A stretch of 64,000 bases of DNA. Source: a phage. Positions within the stretch are counted from its first letter, which is position 1. Each line of letters opens with the position of its first letter. The notes beneath the pieces were generated by a model. The model worked only from the letters and a program-made list of their open reading frames with translations, was not told the origin of the DNA and made no database searches. The stretch is from the NCBI GenBank assembly GCA_024683775.1, contig GCA_024683775.1_4106.1, one strand, 5' to 3'. The position numbers and the translations under genes are program-made. Shown piece by piece: positions 35,822 through 45,782 of this stretch.

Positions 35822-36239
35822 AGCAAAAGAACTACAGGTATATATTGAAGATATCAAGGCTGGGAAGTTCGAAGAAGTATACAAAGCCGAGAATGGTAAC
35901 TACTACAAGGATAGTGATTTTACCACAACTACAGTTATTCTTGGGCTGAATTCCAAAAGTCCCGCAGATTTTTCACAATACAATCCAGATGCAGAATTTA
36001 TCAGTTATGCTTATGGTGGTGAAATCCGTTTTTATAATCGCAGCAGACCTTTAAAATTGAACTTTGAAGTACTGAAAGGTCCGTGGGATAGTGAAGAGTA
36101 TTACTTTCAGAATAGTACTTTGTATGATGATGAAGTACTAGATACTTTAGTTATTATGTGGTACTTTAAAAGTATTGATAGTACAAGATTTTATTTGGAT
36201 TATGAATATGTACGTGAAGCATATAAGGGCAAACGATGA
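35796..36239 (+). CDS. family B protein, MSxxSAL subgroup (147 aa)
   Basis: Motif SEEYYFQNSTLY followed by LVIMWYFKS. Confidence 0.7.
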   Translation: MSLQSALDKAKELQVYIEDIKAGKFEEVYKAENGNYYKDSDFTTTTVILGLNSKSPADFSQYNPDAEFISYAYGGEIRFYNRSRPLKLNFEVLKGPWDSEEYYFQNSTLYDDEVLDTLVIMWYFKSIDSTRFYLDYEYVREAYKGKR

Positions 36240-36550
36240 AATTCTTATACAGTATTCAGTACATTCCTGGTACAATTAGTTTAATGTATTTCTTCGATCA
36301 TGATAATTTCCAGCACCTTGCCGTTAGAAGATGTAATGAATCTTTAATGATTGAATATCTTCACGATTGTGATTATATTCCTGACTTCCTTGAATGTGAT
36401 TATAGAGATGATCATGAAACATTTCTTTTTCAGGAATCACTTGTATGGGATAAGAGAATTAATTTTCATGCCTTAATTGAGATACAAAAACAAGTGAAGT
36501 ACTACTGGGATTACTTAATTACCCAAGAATATATAGAGATTGAAATATAA
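36236..36550 (+). CDS. family B protein (104 aa)
   Basis: Motif ETFLFQESLVWD; ATGA overlap. Confidence 0.7.
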   Translation: MKFLYSIQYIPGTISLMYFFDHDNFQHLAVRRCNESLMIEYLHDCDYIPDFLECDYRDDHETFLFQESLVWDKRINFHALIEIQKQVKYYWDYLITQEYIEIEI

Positions 36551-37023
36551 TGTACGAAAGTGATCTTAAGCACGCTGAAGAATTAGTTAATATAGTAAAG
36601 TTCTTTCAAAATAATGTAAAGTACTTAGACTATAAAGGGGCATATATTAGTACTATAAGTGTTGGAACAGATATACTAGGATTAGGTAATGAATATAAGT
36701 ACGAGTCCCATGATTATGATTTGGAATTCAAGTACTTCGTATGGGATTCTGGAACTTTCTATTATATAGAGGAAGGTGGAAAATATTTTGAATTCACAGA
36801 AGAAGAAGTACTATTTTTAAATTCAGAAGATGCTTACTTCCAGTACAGTACTATATACCCAAATAGTGCATTAAGAGCTTTGGTAGTTTTTAATGCATTC
36901 CTGAAAGAGAACTTTAATAATTCTATATTCATTGATTTAGATTATGTATATGAACTAAATCAGGTGATATATATGGAGTCCAGAAAAAATGAGTTACGAA
37001 AGTGCAATCAAGAAAGCAAATGA
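36550..37023 (+). CDS. family B protein (157 aa)
   Basis: Motif EDAYFQYSTIYP. Confidence 0.7.
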   Translation: MYESDLKHAEELVNIVKFFQNNVKYLDYKGAYISTISVGTDILGLGNEYKYESHDYDLEFKYFVWDSGTFYYIEEGGKYFEFTEEEVLFLNSEDAYFQYSTIYPNSALRALVVFNAFLKENFNNSIFIDLDYVYELNQVIYMESRKNELRKCNQESK

Positions 37024-37435
37024 TATTCTAAAAGTTGTTAAGTTCTTCAAAGAAAATCCTGAATACGTAGATGATGAACGCAGAGAAGTTTCTAATGGTA
37101 CGAAGATTACAATTGATTCTTTATTTGACACTAGCAACAACAACTGTAGTACTATTGAATTAGCATACGATTATATTTCATTGAACAGAAAATATGATGA
37201 AGTTACGATAGAGCGTCATGAGAATGAAGAATCTTTTAAAATTTCTGATATTTTATCTCTGAGTACAGAAGAAGGGTACTTCCAGGGAAGTACTGTTTTT
37301 AATGAAGGAACACTAGACAATCTATGTACATTTAGTGTACTATATCAGAAGTCAGTACTGGATATATTTTATCTAGACACTGAAAAACTTGATAGGTTAG
37401 TTGATTTCGTTACTATAGAAGAGGCATCCGTTTGA
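36989..37435 (+). CDS. family B protein (148 aa)
   Basis: Motif EEGYFQGSTVFN; overlaps previous gene by 35 nt. Confidence 0.65.
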   Translation: MSYESAIKKANDILKVVKFFKENPEYVDDERREVSNGTKITIDSLFDTSNNNCSTIELAYDYISLNRKYDEVTIERHENEESFKISDILSLSTEEGYFQGSTVFNEGTLDNLCTFSVLYQKSVLDIFYLDTEKLDRLVDFVTIEEASV

Positions 37436-37968
37436 GAAAAATTAACATTAATGATTACAATGCATTACAAGATTTATCAAAAAAGATTCGCACTATCGTA
37501 CCAGTACTGAAAAAATGCAGTACTGGATTAATTGATCCTAGTACTGTTGTTAATGAGAAGTACAATTTTCATTATGTATTACAGGGTACTGGGGCATTCC
37601 AGAAGTGTGAGGTGCGTGAGAAACACGTAATTGATACATCATTGTTTTCTATTGGTGCACCTATGTCGAATAATACTATTTTCCTGGATGACGCAGGAAA
37701 TATTCAACAATTAACATTTAAGAAAAGGAAAAAGAACAATAACATTGGTGTGTACGCGATGAAGTGGGGTCAACCTGATTTGAAGCGTGAAATTCACATC
37801 CCTAAGTACAATTACAATTCATTTGAAGAACAGTGCTTTCAACTATCTTGTACTGACCCTGACTATGCTATCATTCAGTTCTATATGGAATTGCAGATTG
37901 CATTTAACAGTAATTTGTATATTAACTTATTGGCGATGAACATCGATGAAGTATTCAAAAACATTTAA
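37432..37968 (+). CDS. family B protein (178 aa)
   Basis: Motif EEQCFQLSCTDP; ATGA-type overlap. Confidence 0.65.
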   Translation: MRKININDYNALQDLSKKIRTIVPVLKKCSTGLIDPSTVVNEKYNFHYVLQGTGAFQKCEVREKHVIDTSLFSIGAPMSNNTIFLDDAGNIQQLTFKKRKKNNNIGVYAMKWGQPDLKREIHIPKYNYNSFEEQCFQLSCTDPDYAIIQFYMELQIAFNSNLYINLLAMNIDEVFKNI

Positions 37969-38164
37969 TCGAATTGAATACATGAGAACTGTGAGTGCAG
38001 TGTGGGACATATGGTTCACTACTAAACCAAAAATGGATTACCATGACTTTAAGCTATTGTTCTTCGTTGGCTCTAACAAACAGGATGTTGCAATGAAGGG
38101 TTATATTCAGCACTTACAGGAACTAATCCAGAAGAGAATATATGAAAATAATAGACCAAGATGA
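37946..38164 (+). CDS. family A-like small protein (72 aa)
   Basis: Motif VGSNKQDVAMKGYI; inside array B. Confidence 0.65.
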   Translation: MKYSKTFNRIEYMRTVSAVWDIWFTTKPKMDYHDFKLLFFVGSNKQDVAMKGYIQHLQELIQKRIYENNRPR

Positions 38165-38333
38165 TATTGCTAAACTATTCAATATATATTCTTCTAAAAT
38201 GATGCAAACCGACTCATATAGTACTGAATTCAAAGAATTAAAAGTACTGATGTATTTGGGCACACAGTATCAGGAACAAGTTGTTAAAGAATATATTGAT
38301 TCTTTACAGAAGGATATCCGTTATGTACAATGA
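38142..38333 (+). CDS. family A small protein (63 aa)
   Basis: Motif LGTQYQEQVVKEYI; inside array B. Confidence 0.7.
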   Translation: MKIIDQDDIAKLFNIYSSKMMQTDSYSTEFKELKVLMYLGTQYQEQVVKEYIDSLQKDIRYVQ

Positions 38334-38877
38334 ACTTGACTTGGCATTTGAGCGTGTAAAAATCTTCATTGAAACTTATATTATGCATGAAACTATACTG
38401 AAAACAAAAGGAATATGGTTCACTGATAAATTTCTTACTATGGCTATGAGAGGTGGAATGAAACATCTGTACTGCACAGATAATTCAAGAATTTCAGTAC
38501 TGAATTATGATGAAAGTGTAGCATCCAGTACCAGTTTAATTTCTACATACAATGATAATGTTATTAGTATTATGTGCAATATGAATGTCCCATCTATTTC
38601 TGTATATAAAAACTGTGATAGTTCATTGGAGTACAAGATTGAGCAGTACTTATATCCTAACACAGAAGAAAACATCTTTCAAAATAGTCTTATGTGGGAT
38701 GATACATCTACTAAGTGCATATATCTTTATAATAAATTAAAAGAGTACATTGTTGATAGTTCAATTAGTACTGCTGTATTCAGTGTTACTGTTTTTAATG
38801 ATAATCGTGAAGATATGAGTTATTACAGAGACATTGTAAGAATACATGCAATGTATAAGGATCTACTATGTTATTAA
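38323..38877 (+). CDS. family B protein (184 aa)
   Basis: Motif EENIFQNSLMWD; trimmed from TTG-start track ORF 38281. Confidence 0.65.
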   Translation: MYNELDLAFERVKIFIETYIMHETILKTKGIWFTDKFLTMAMRGGMKHLYCTDNSRISVLNYDESVASSTSLISTYNDNVISIMCNMNVPSISVYKNCDSSLEYKIEQYLYPNTEENIFQNSLMWDDTSTKCIYLYNKLKEYIVDSSISTAVFSVTVFNDNREDMSYYRDIVRIHAMYKDLLCY

Positions 38878-39470
38878 ATGCAAATAAATGTTGTAGTACT
38901 GAGGTTCATTTGTATTTTAAGAAATTAGTAAATGATATTATCTATATGCAAGAAATCATTTATCACAAAAGAATGGACTTAGAAAAAGCATTAGTTCAGT
39001 TCTCTTTTAATCTCGATGGTGATATATCGTTAGATGGTGATGGATTGCGTATAGCATTTGACGGTAATACAAATAGGGTTTTCTTTTGGATAGATAATAA
39101 ATTATGTTCATCAATATGTCGTACTTTTTATAACCCTATTTCGGACTTATATCAATTGGTGTATTCTAAAGGTGCAGTAGAAGCATCATACGGTGATAGC
39201 TTTGCACTAGGAAAGAGTATCCCATATATGCAATCATTTGATATTGAATTAGTCAGTACTGATGAAGATGCGATGTTCACAAATGATATAACAATGCAGC
39301 GTGAATCTGCAATGAGATATATTACAAATTCTATGCATACATTCTTCGAAAGAACAGAATTTGATAATGTGTATATAGCAAATGTAAATATTTTTACTGA
39401 CCTTTGTCAGTTCTTGAGAAGTATTTTTGATTTCGATGAAAGCTATTGTAAGCTTTATACTGAGGTTTAA
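38868..39470 (+). CDS. hypothetical protein (200 aa), possibly divergent family B
   Basis: ORF in array; motif weak. Confidence 0.55.
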   Translation: MLLNANKCCSTEVHLYFKKLVNDIIYMQEIIYHKRMDLEKALVQFSFNLDGDISLDGDGLRIAFDGNTNRVFFWIDNKLCSSICRTFYNPISDLYQLVYSKGAVEASYGDSFALGKSIPYMQSFDIELVSTDEDAMFTNDITMQRESAMRYITNSMHTFFERTEFDNVYIANVNIFTDLCQFLRSIFDFDESYCKLYTEV

Positions 39471-39475
39471 ATGCC

Positions 39476-39835
39476 ATGAATACCATTAGTATTACGTACT
39501 ACACAACGAAAAAATACGTTTGTTGTTTACTTTCGTTAAAGACAAATGATGATATGTTTGAAATGGCGGCATATACATTAGAATTATCAGAAGATGGTTT
39601 TCAATGTCATGAAGCGTACTCAAATACACGTGAAGATACAATTGATACTACGCTAATGCAAGAAGATGAGTTATTTCAAGAAAGTTTAGTATGGGATAAA
39701 AAATACTATTGTGATTTTGATTTTCTTTGTTTAATCCAGAAAGAAATGAAAAGGATCTTCGACAATTATCCGGTGAAGAGATTGAGTACTAAGCCGGAGC
39801 AGTACAGGAGAATTTTATTCCGTTATGAAGACTGA
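39476..39835 (+). CDS. family B protein (119 aa)
   Basis: Motif EDELFQESLVWD. Confidence 0.7.
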   Translation: MNTISITYYTTKKYVCCLLSLKTNDDMFEMAAYTLELSEDGFQCHEAYSNTREDTIDTTLMQEDELFQESLVWDKKYYCDFDFLCLIQKEMKRIFDNYPVKRLSTKPEQYRRILFRYED

Positions 39836-40163
39836 ATTAGTAAAAATAATGTACGCAACTCACACTAAGTTATTATTGGTTAAAATGAATTATAACAGAA
39901 AACATAATGAATTCTGTACATTAATCCGAAATGAGGAATCATTTACATTGCGTACCAATGATAAGCCAATGCTAACTATAAATGATTTTTCATGTTTAGA
40001 TACAGGTGAATTGTTCCAGGAGTCATTAGTACTGGATAGTAGTATACATTTGGAAATTGAAGTACTACAACAGTACCAGATACTTTTGAATCGTATTATG
40101 GAAAATTATCCATGTGAAGTTGGTGGACCAATGCAATTCAAATCAAAGATGTATGAACTATGA
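39825..40163 (+). CDS. family B protein (112 aa)
   Basis: Motif TGELFQESLVLD. Confidence 0.7.
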   Translation: MKTELVKIMYATHTKLLLVKMNYNRKHNEFCTLIRNEESFTLRTNDKPMLTINDFSCLDTGELFQESLVLDSSIHLEIEVLQQYQILLNRIMENYPCEVGGPMQFKSKMYEL

Positions 40164-40170
40164 GGTTAGT

Positions 40171-40704
40171 ATGTTAGATAAAATAAAGAACGAGGGAACT
40201 CTATACAATCATCTTAAGTTGGATACGTTCGAGGCAGCAATCAGTACTGCACAAGATATAATTGATATTATCAAGTACATTAAAGAAAATAAGTTAAAAT
40301 GTGTGAAAACGCCAGAACGTACAATATACAAAGATGACGACCTTCACGTATCAGTTGTTAAGCCAAAAGATAAGGATGGTAATAGAGATTTCTATAATAA
40401 CAGTGGACAGTATGAATGTGAATATGATCCCGAATTTAGAGGTGGATTCATGTGCTTCAGTAAAACAGATACTTCACATGTTGAGATACGTACATTAAAA
40501 GGTCTAGGTAGATTTGAGTTCATGGATATAGAACTAAATGAAGAAAACTACTTCCAACAATCATTACTTAACACTGAATACAATTTAGGTGTACTATTCA
40601 TGTACAAGTACTTATATGAGCACTTAAATGAAGACTTCTATCTGGACTTAGAAGATTACCATTTAGTATGGAAAGAAATGGTAGAACTTCGTGAGAACTA
40701 TTGA
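40171..40704 (+). CDS. family B protein (177 aa)
   Basis: Motif EENYFQQSLLNT; trimmed from track ORF 40114. Confidence 0.65.
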   Translation: MLDKIKNEGTLYNHLKLDTFEAAISTAQDIIDIIKYIKENKLKCVKTPERTIYKDDDLHVSVVKPKDKDGNRDFYNNSGQYECEYDPEFRGGFMCFSKTDTSHVEIRTLKGLGRFEFMDIELNEENYFQQSLLNTEYNLGVLFMYKYLYEHLNEDFYLDLEDYHLVWKEMVELRENY

Positions 40705-40730
40705 CACCCTCCAAATCTTTGTGATATAAT
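40701..40730 (+). promoter_or_regulatory. sigma70-like promoter (TTGACA-18-TATAAT)
   Basis: Hexamers read directly upstream of CDS 40764. Confidence 0.55.
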
Positions 40731-40763
40731 CTCTTTATATTAATTGTAAAGGGTTATATCACT

Positions 40764-41243
40764 ATGTCCAAAGACCTATCATTTAGCAATGCACAAAAAA
40801 TCGCACAAAATATCATTAAACTTCATAAGTTCTTTGTAACAGTTAAAGAGAATATAATTCTCCCACGATGCACACTTTATGCGTACAAAAATTATTTGTC
40901 AATGAATAGCAATTTGTTGCATACTACAGATGAGAATTTCTGTGGTATTCGTGTACTTGACGATGCACCATCAGGGGATTTTATCTCATATTGTTTCCAT
41001 ACATCTGATAGTTTTAAGTACTATCATCCTAGATCTAATGATGATGATGAATATGACACATTTAATGTTAGATCAGAAGAAGAATTCTTCCAGTACAGTA
41101 CTTTGTACAATGAGAGAATCGTGTTTAGTTCTACAATTTTTACAGTACTTAAAGATGAACTCAATGACGCAAATGATAGATTCTATATGGATTTAAACTT
41201 CGTAGATGAAATCATTGAGTACATGGAGAAAAATGGTCTATGA
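40764..41243 (+). CDS. family B protein, MSxxSAL-like subgroup (159 aa)
   Basis: Motif EEEFFQYSTLYN. Confidence 0.7.
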   Translation: MSKDLSFSNAQKIAQNIIKLHKFFVTVKENIILPRCTLYAYKNYLSMNSNLLHTTDENFCGIRVLDDAPSGDFISYCFHTSDSFKYYHPRSNDDDEYDTFNVRSEEEFFQYSTLYNERIVFSSTIFTVLKDELNDANDRFYMDLNFVDEIIEYMEKNGL

Positions 41244-41722
41244 TTACAACAGAATATGATTACGATGGTGTTTTAGAATTTGCATCTAACATTCATCGCA
41301 TTGCAAAGGAGTTCAGAAGTCCCCAACCTTTCGGTGGAATGCCTTTTGGTGGAATGTTCCAATATGACCAATTCAGTTCAACCAAAGGAAGACTTGCCTT
41401 TAAAAATAATAAGGGCAATCAAGTATATGCTGAGTTCTTTGACGATAATGACTTTCACTACAGAGCTGAATATATTTCATATTGCCAAGGGTCTGATTTG
41501 AAGATTAACATTGATACATTTAGAGATTCAGTGTTTATCCCTTATAGTGAGTTAGTTTTCATGACAGAAGAAATGTACTTCCAAGGGTCTTGTATTCATG
41601 ATGCAAAAGTACTTAATGCTATATTACTTTATGGTGCACTACTTCATCATTACAAATACAAACAACGATTCTTTATAGATTTAGTTGTATACCATCAATG
41701 CGTGGATTATTTGAATGCATAA
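41240..41722 (+). CDS. family B protein (160 aa)
   Basis: Motif EEMYFQGSCIHD; ATGA overlap. Confidence 0.7.
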   Translation: MITTEYDYDGVLEFASNIHRIAKEFRSPQPFGGMPFGGMFQYDQFSSTKGRLAFKNNKGNQVYAEFFDDNDFHYRAEYISYCQGSDLKINIDTFRDSVFIPYSELVFMTEEMYFQGSCIHDAKVLNAILLYGALLHHYKYKQRFFIDLVVYHQCVDYLNA

Positions 41723-42077
41723 TACAACAACAATTCAGTACATGACGGATGGCAATGATTGCTTTGCTTCAAGATATGAATTCATCAAGAACCATTTCGT
41801 AACCTATATCCCTGAATATAATCAGTTTTATCTACAGATTTACCAAAATGATTCATATATGAATGAGATATATTCTGAAATAAAAATCCCTGATTATAGT
41901 ACTTTATCAGAAGAGGAATTGTTTCAGGAGAGCACTGTCAATACTGAAGATGTGTACGAACTAATGGAATACCAGAAGGTACTTAAATATTTCCATGAAG
42001 TTCAGGATATACAAATGGATAGTGTTAAAACGTGGAATTATAACACATACGAGGTAAATTATGTTCGAAATGATTAA
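41715..42077 (+). CDS. family B protein (120 aa)
   Basis: Motif EEELFQESTVNT. Confidence 0.7.
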   Translation: MHNTTTIQYMTDGNDCFASRYEFIKNHFVTYIPEYNQFYLQIYQNDSYMNEIYSEIKIPDYSTLSEEELFQESTVNTEDVYELMEYQKVLKYFHEVQDIQMDSVKTWNYNTYEVNYVRND

Positions 42078-42474
42078 AATTATGCAACGATGCATTGTTG
42101 ACCAACATGGAATATATGGATATAGTTTAAGTGCAGCTATTGACAAAAACAAAACAACATATGTAAGCTATAATGCAGTACTTGGATTTGATATATTCAT
42201 TAATGCCAACAATAAAATCAAACAAGCCAAGGATGTATCTATAATGACCCCTGATGAGCTATTTCAGTACAGCTTAGTTCTGCCGGGCTGTATTGATTTA
42301 CAACGTCTAGGAGCTATACAGAAGGTTTTACGCGAACATAAAGTACAACCAAATAAAATCACACACATTCCAGAAACATTCTACAAACCCATAGAAGTAG
42401 AAACACCTGATTATATGTTAAGTGATGATGAGTTCTACGAGAAACACTTCCCTGGTAAAGTTTGGAGAGACTAA
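42061..42474 (+). CDS. family B protein (137 aa)
   Basis: Motif PDELFQYSLVLP. Confidence 0.7.
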   Translation: MFEMIKIMQRCIVDQHGIYGYSLSAAIDKNKTTYVSYNAVLGFDIFINANNKIKQAKDVSIMTPDELFQYSLVLPGCIDLQRLGAIQKVLREHKVQPNKITHIPETFYKPIEVETPDYMLSDDEFYEKHFPGKVWRD

Positions 42475-42956
42475 TGAACCGAAAGTACAGAGAAACTATG
42501 AAGTTCGCTAAGGAGTGTTTAGAGACAATTGATTTCATTTTCGATAACAAAGACTCATTGGGCCGTCACTTCGTAATTACAAAGAAAGAAGATAAGAGAT
42601 ACAAGTGTCAACGATTAGGATACAGTATTGAGTTCTCCTTAATGATTGATGGCATGATAAACTCCTTATATGAATGTGGTAAGACTTATTACATTTCATT
42701 TAGATCTTGGAGTGAACGTGTCATGTTCTTGACTCCAAATGGAGTTGTATATCCTTTTCTTGATGATTTATCAGAAGAAAGTTACTTTCAAAATAGTTTA
42801 ATTTACACAGAAAAAGAACTCAAAATGCTATTCATTATGTCGTACTTTAAAAAGTACTGCAAATTTAAATCATTAGCTTTTGAGATTTCTGCAATGAAAG
42901 TATTCATTAAAAATGTAAAAGAATTAAAGAGGATTTACGATGTACATAGAAAATGA
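42462..42956 (+). CDS. family B protein (164 aa)
   Basis: Motif EESYFQNSLIYT followed by LFIMSYFKK. Confidence 0.7.
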   Translation: MERLMNRKYRETMKFAKECLETIDFIFDNKDSLGRHFVITKKEDKRYKCQRLGYSIEFSLMIDGMINSLYECGKTYYISFRSWSERVMFLTPNGVVYPFLDDLSEESYFQNSLIYTEKELKMLFIMSYFKKYCKFKSLAFEISAMKVFIKNVKELKRIYDVHRK

Positions 42957-43482
42957 TAATGTAAAATGCATTTCCGACATTTGTATAAAATTAATGAAAA
43001 TTTTCATTAACCCAAAATACAAGACTCGTTCATTACGTCATGACATTGATGAACATTGTGTAATTACTATTCTAGGTAATATGCTTGATGTAAAGTACGA
43101 TGGTAAATTGTTATTCGGTGTCCGAGAAGAGAAGATAGATGATGTCTTCTTTTCTCCTAAAGATAAGTTTGAACCTTCTGATTATAAAGTAATTATTCGT
43201 GATGATAGTATCTACATTAGCAGTGATCATTCAAATTACGTCGAACAGATATACACTGAAAATGTTGACTACAACCATGAACTACTAGATTTACCAACAT
43301 CAGACATAGATATGGAGAGAATCAAATTTTCATTATCAAATAATGAGTACTTAGGTATACAAACATATTATGCACTTCAGGGAAAGATTCCACCTGCGAT
43401 GTATATAAGAATTGAGATTGGTAATGTATTCAATGACAAGGTTATATCAATTGCTGATAAAATATTGAAGGTACAATTATGA
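42940..43482 (+). CDS. hypothetical protein (180 aa)
   Basis: ORF in array; no family motif recognised. Confidence 0.55.
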   Translation: MYIENDNVKCISDICIKLMKIFINPKYKTRSLRHDIDEHCVITILGNMLDVKYDGKLLFGVREEKIDDVFFSPKDKFEPSDYKVIIRDDSIYISSDHSNYVEQIYTENVDYNHELLDLPTSDIDMERIKFSLSNNEYLGIQTYYALQGKIPPAMYIRIEIGNVFNDKVISIADKILKVQL

Positions 43483-44036
43483 ATTTTACTAATTATAATT
43501 TACATAGACTTGAATTACGTCATTGTATTGCATTTGCAAAAACATTAATGTGCATCATTGATACACTATCATCTAAAACTTTTCGAAAGGATAATGATTT
43601 ATGCCTTAAAAAAGGTAAAGTACAAAAATACGATTATACAGATGAAACGTATTTTGATATCTTTTTGGGAACAAATGATAGTACAAGAGTAGGATGTTTG
43701 GGAACAGTTGGAACACATTGCTTTACATGGAATCCAAATTCAAGTACAGTACGAATTGACACCAACGATACATGTTATGCTGACCTTAGTACTGAATCTG
43801 ATTTAGAATCAGTTATGTTCCAACACATGTTAATTCATAAACCAAATGAAATTCTTTATCTTGTTGCTTTTAGTTATCTCTTACAAAATTATAAATCAGG
43901 TTTTACTATTGAAACTGATATCGATGAGATTATGGATGAGATTCCTAGTTTAAAAGATATTCTTGAAGAAAAAGATTTCTATCAGGACTTTAGAGATTTA
44001 TACAACATGCACAGGGAGTTATCTGATAATGAATAA
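43479..44036 (+). CDS. family B protein (185 aa)
   Basis: Motif ESVMFQHMLIHK; ATGA overlap. Confidence 0.65.
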   Translation: MNFTNYNLHRLELRHCIAFAKTLMCIIDTLSSKTFRKDNDLCLKKGKVQKYDYTDETYFDIFLGTNDSTRVGCLGTVGTHCFTWNPNSSTVRIDTNDTCYADLSTESDLESVMFQHMLIHKPNEILYLVAFSYLLQNYKSGFTIETDIDEIMDEIPSLKDILEEKDFYQDFRDLYNMHRELSDNE

Positions 44037-44547
44037 AGATGATATTCTAATCAGACTAATCAACAGTCTGTTAAAATTCGTGAATAGTGATAGCGATACA
44101 CACAATGTAGGTGACATTGAATTCAAATCATTTGGAATGTACGGTGAGGACAAAACATATTATGCATCAATGAAATTCCAAGATTATTATGAAATGTTAA
44201 TTGCGTTAACATACGAAGATGTGGACCCAAGATGGAGTTCCAGTATTTCTCTGTCGAGAATGGTAATTCGTAGTAAACATCGTTACATTTCGTCAAAGAA
44301 TACTCCTAATTTGTTTGATATTGTTTTGAATGAAAATACCAACCCCCCATCTAAACATGATATCGTACCTTTAACTGATGAAGTACAGTTTCAATTGAGT
44401 ACCATTTGTGATGAAGATGTGATATCATGTATGAAAATTTACGAGAAGATTGGTAGTGATATCCCTAAGAACTATTACATAACAATAGATGGAACGTACC
44501 TCCGAGATGAGGCTCTAGCGTACATTGACAGCGTTTTACCAAAATAA
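44029..44547 (+). CDS. family B protein (172 aa)
   Basis: Motif DEVQFQLSTICD; trimmed from track ORF 43963. Confidence 0.65.
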   Translation: MNKDDILIRLINSLLKFVNSDSDTHNVGDIEFKSFGMYGEDKTYYASMKFQDYYEMLIALTYEDVDPRWSSSISLSRMVIRSKHRYISSKNTPNLFDIVLNENTNPPSKHDIVPLTDEVQFQLSTICDEDVISCMKIYEKIGSDIPKNYYITIDGTYLRDEALAYIDSVLPK

Positions 44548-44568
44548 AGACCCTTATGGGTCTTTTTG
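44548..44568 (+). terminator. rho-independent terminator
   Basis: Hairpin AGACCC-TTAT-GGGTCT followed by TTTTT. Confidence 0.75.
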
Positions 44569-44578
44569 TGTTTAGTGC

Positions 44579-44607
44579 TTTACATGAGCATTCAGGTGTG
44601 TTATAAT
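44579..44607 (+). promoter_or_regulatory. sigma70-like promoter (TTTACA-17-TATAAT)
   Basis: Hexamers read directly; SD ACAGGAGAAG follows before CDS 44635. Confidence 0.6.
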
Positions 44608-44634
44608 CGCTTTTAACAGAGTACAGGAGAAGAT

Positions 44635-45198
44635 ATGAGTACTGAATTAATTAAAGAAATCACATTGTTGGTAAAGCATTGTTTTAAGTTCATTGATGAT
44701 AATGGTTCACGCCAGTACATTAAAGTTAATGAGAAATATAACATTAACGTCCTAAAGAATGAAACCGTTAACAGTTATGCAAACATTGAGTTAGATGTTG
44801 AGGACAAATACACAGCATTACACATCATTTCGTCCGGCGATAGAAAACAAGATTATCGTTCTACATTTTATGATGATAGTGTTACTGTTGGTTATAAATT
44901 TCATAAAAATAAAATTGCTTATAAGAATACATACACACATGAAGTAATTGAAGAGTACAATTATAAAATTAAAAAAGACGAGTACGATGTACTTTTATTC
45001 AATGCGAATCTCATACACAACGCTGGTACTGTTCGCAATCTTATGTTAGCATATGAAATTCCAAAGATTATAGAAAGAAATGAATTGATAATCTTTAAAA
45101 CTATATTAAAATTCAGTACAGAAGAATTAGAAGATCTAGTACTGGCTCTTAAGACGTTCATCAATGAACATGTACCTGTTAAATTAGAGGACTTATAA
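44635..45198 (+). CDS. hypothetical protein (187 aa)
   Basis: ORF with promoter and SD; no family motif recognised. Confidence 0.65.
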   Translation: MSTELIKEITLLVKHCFKFIDDNGSRQYIKVNEKYNINVLKNETVNSYANIELDVEDKYTALHIISSGDRKQDYRSTFYDDSVTVGYKFHKNKIAYKNTYTHEVIEEYNYKIKKDEYDVLLFNANLIHNAGTVRNLMLAYEIPKIIERNELIIFKTILKFSTEELEDLVLALKTFINEHVPVKLEDL

Positions 45199-45782
45199 TG
45201 CAAGCTGAACACATTCAAATTATGAAATTGATGCATGACATTGCAGAACTATCTGAAAAGCACAACATTACTGAACATGAGCCTATTGGAAATTATCGTC
45301 TTAAAGTTGAATGCAAATCACCATATCGTTTTGGTTCAGTAGTACTGGAGTCTTATAAAGTTTACGATTATGGAACGACAAAAAAAGGTTCATGGGATAC
45401 TATGGCAATGTATATCCGTACATCAAGGCATAGTGAGCGAATTGGTTCCATTACTCCAAACATGATATTTGTCAATGCTTTACACGAAGATATTAATCGA
45501 ATTGTTGAATCTAATTTTGATGACGTAGAGAATGATACATATTTGGAAATTCCACCAGAACTAGATCAAAGTGAAGACATTCGTGAAGCATACATTTTCC
45601 AGAGATCAGTACTTGACAACTTCAAGGAGTTTGAGTACATGATGCTTTGCTATGAAACTGCAAAAGCTATTGACACTGGTGAATTGGTAATGTATAGTAA
45701 GTTCATTAACTGTGAATCCGATACATTAAAAGAGCTACACACGGCAATCAAAAACATCAAGGATACATATGAACGCTTATAG
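45198..45782 (+). CDS. family B protein (194 aa)
   Basis: Motif EAYIFQRSVLDN. Confidence 0.65.
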   Translation: MQAEHIQIMKLMHDIAELSEKHNITEHEPIGNYRLKVECKSPYRFGSVVLESYKVYDYGTTKKGSWDTMAMYIRTSRHSERIGSITPNMIFVNALHEDINRIVESNFDDVENDTYLEIPPELDQSEDIREAYIFQRSVLDNFKEFEYMMLCYETAKAIDTGELVMYSKFINCESDTLKELHTAIKNIKDTYERL

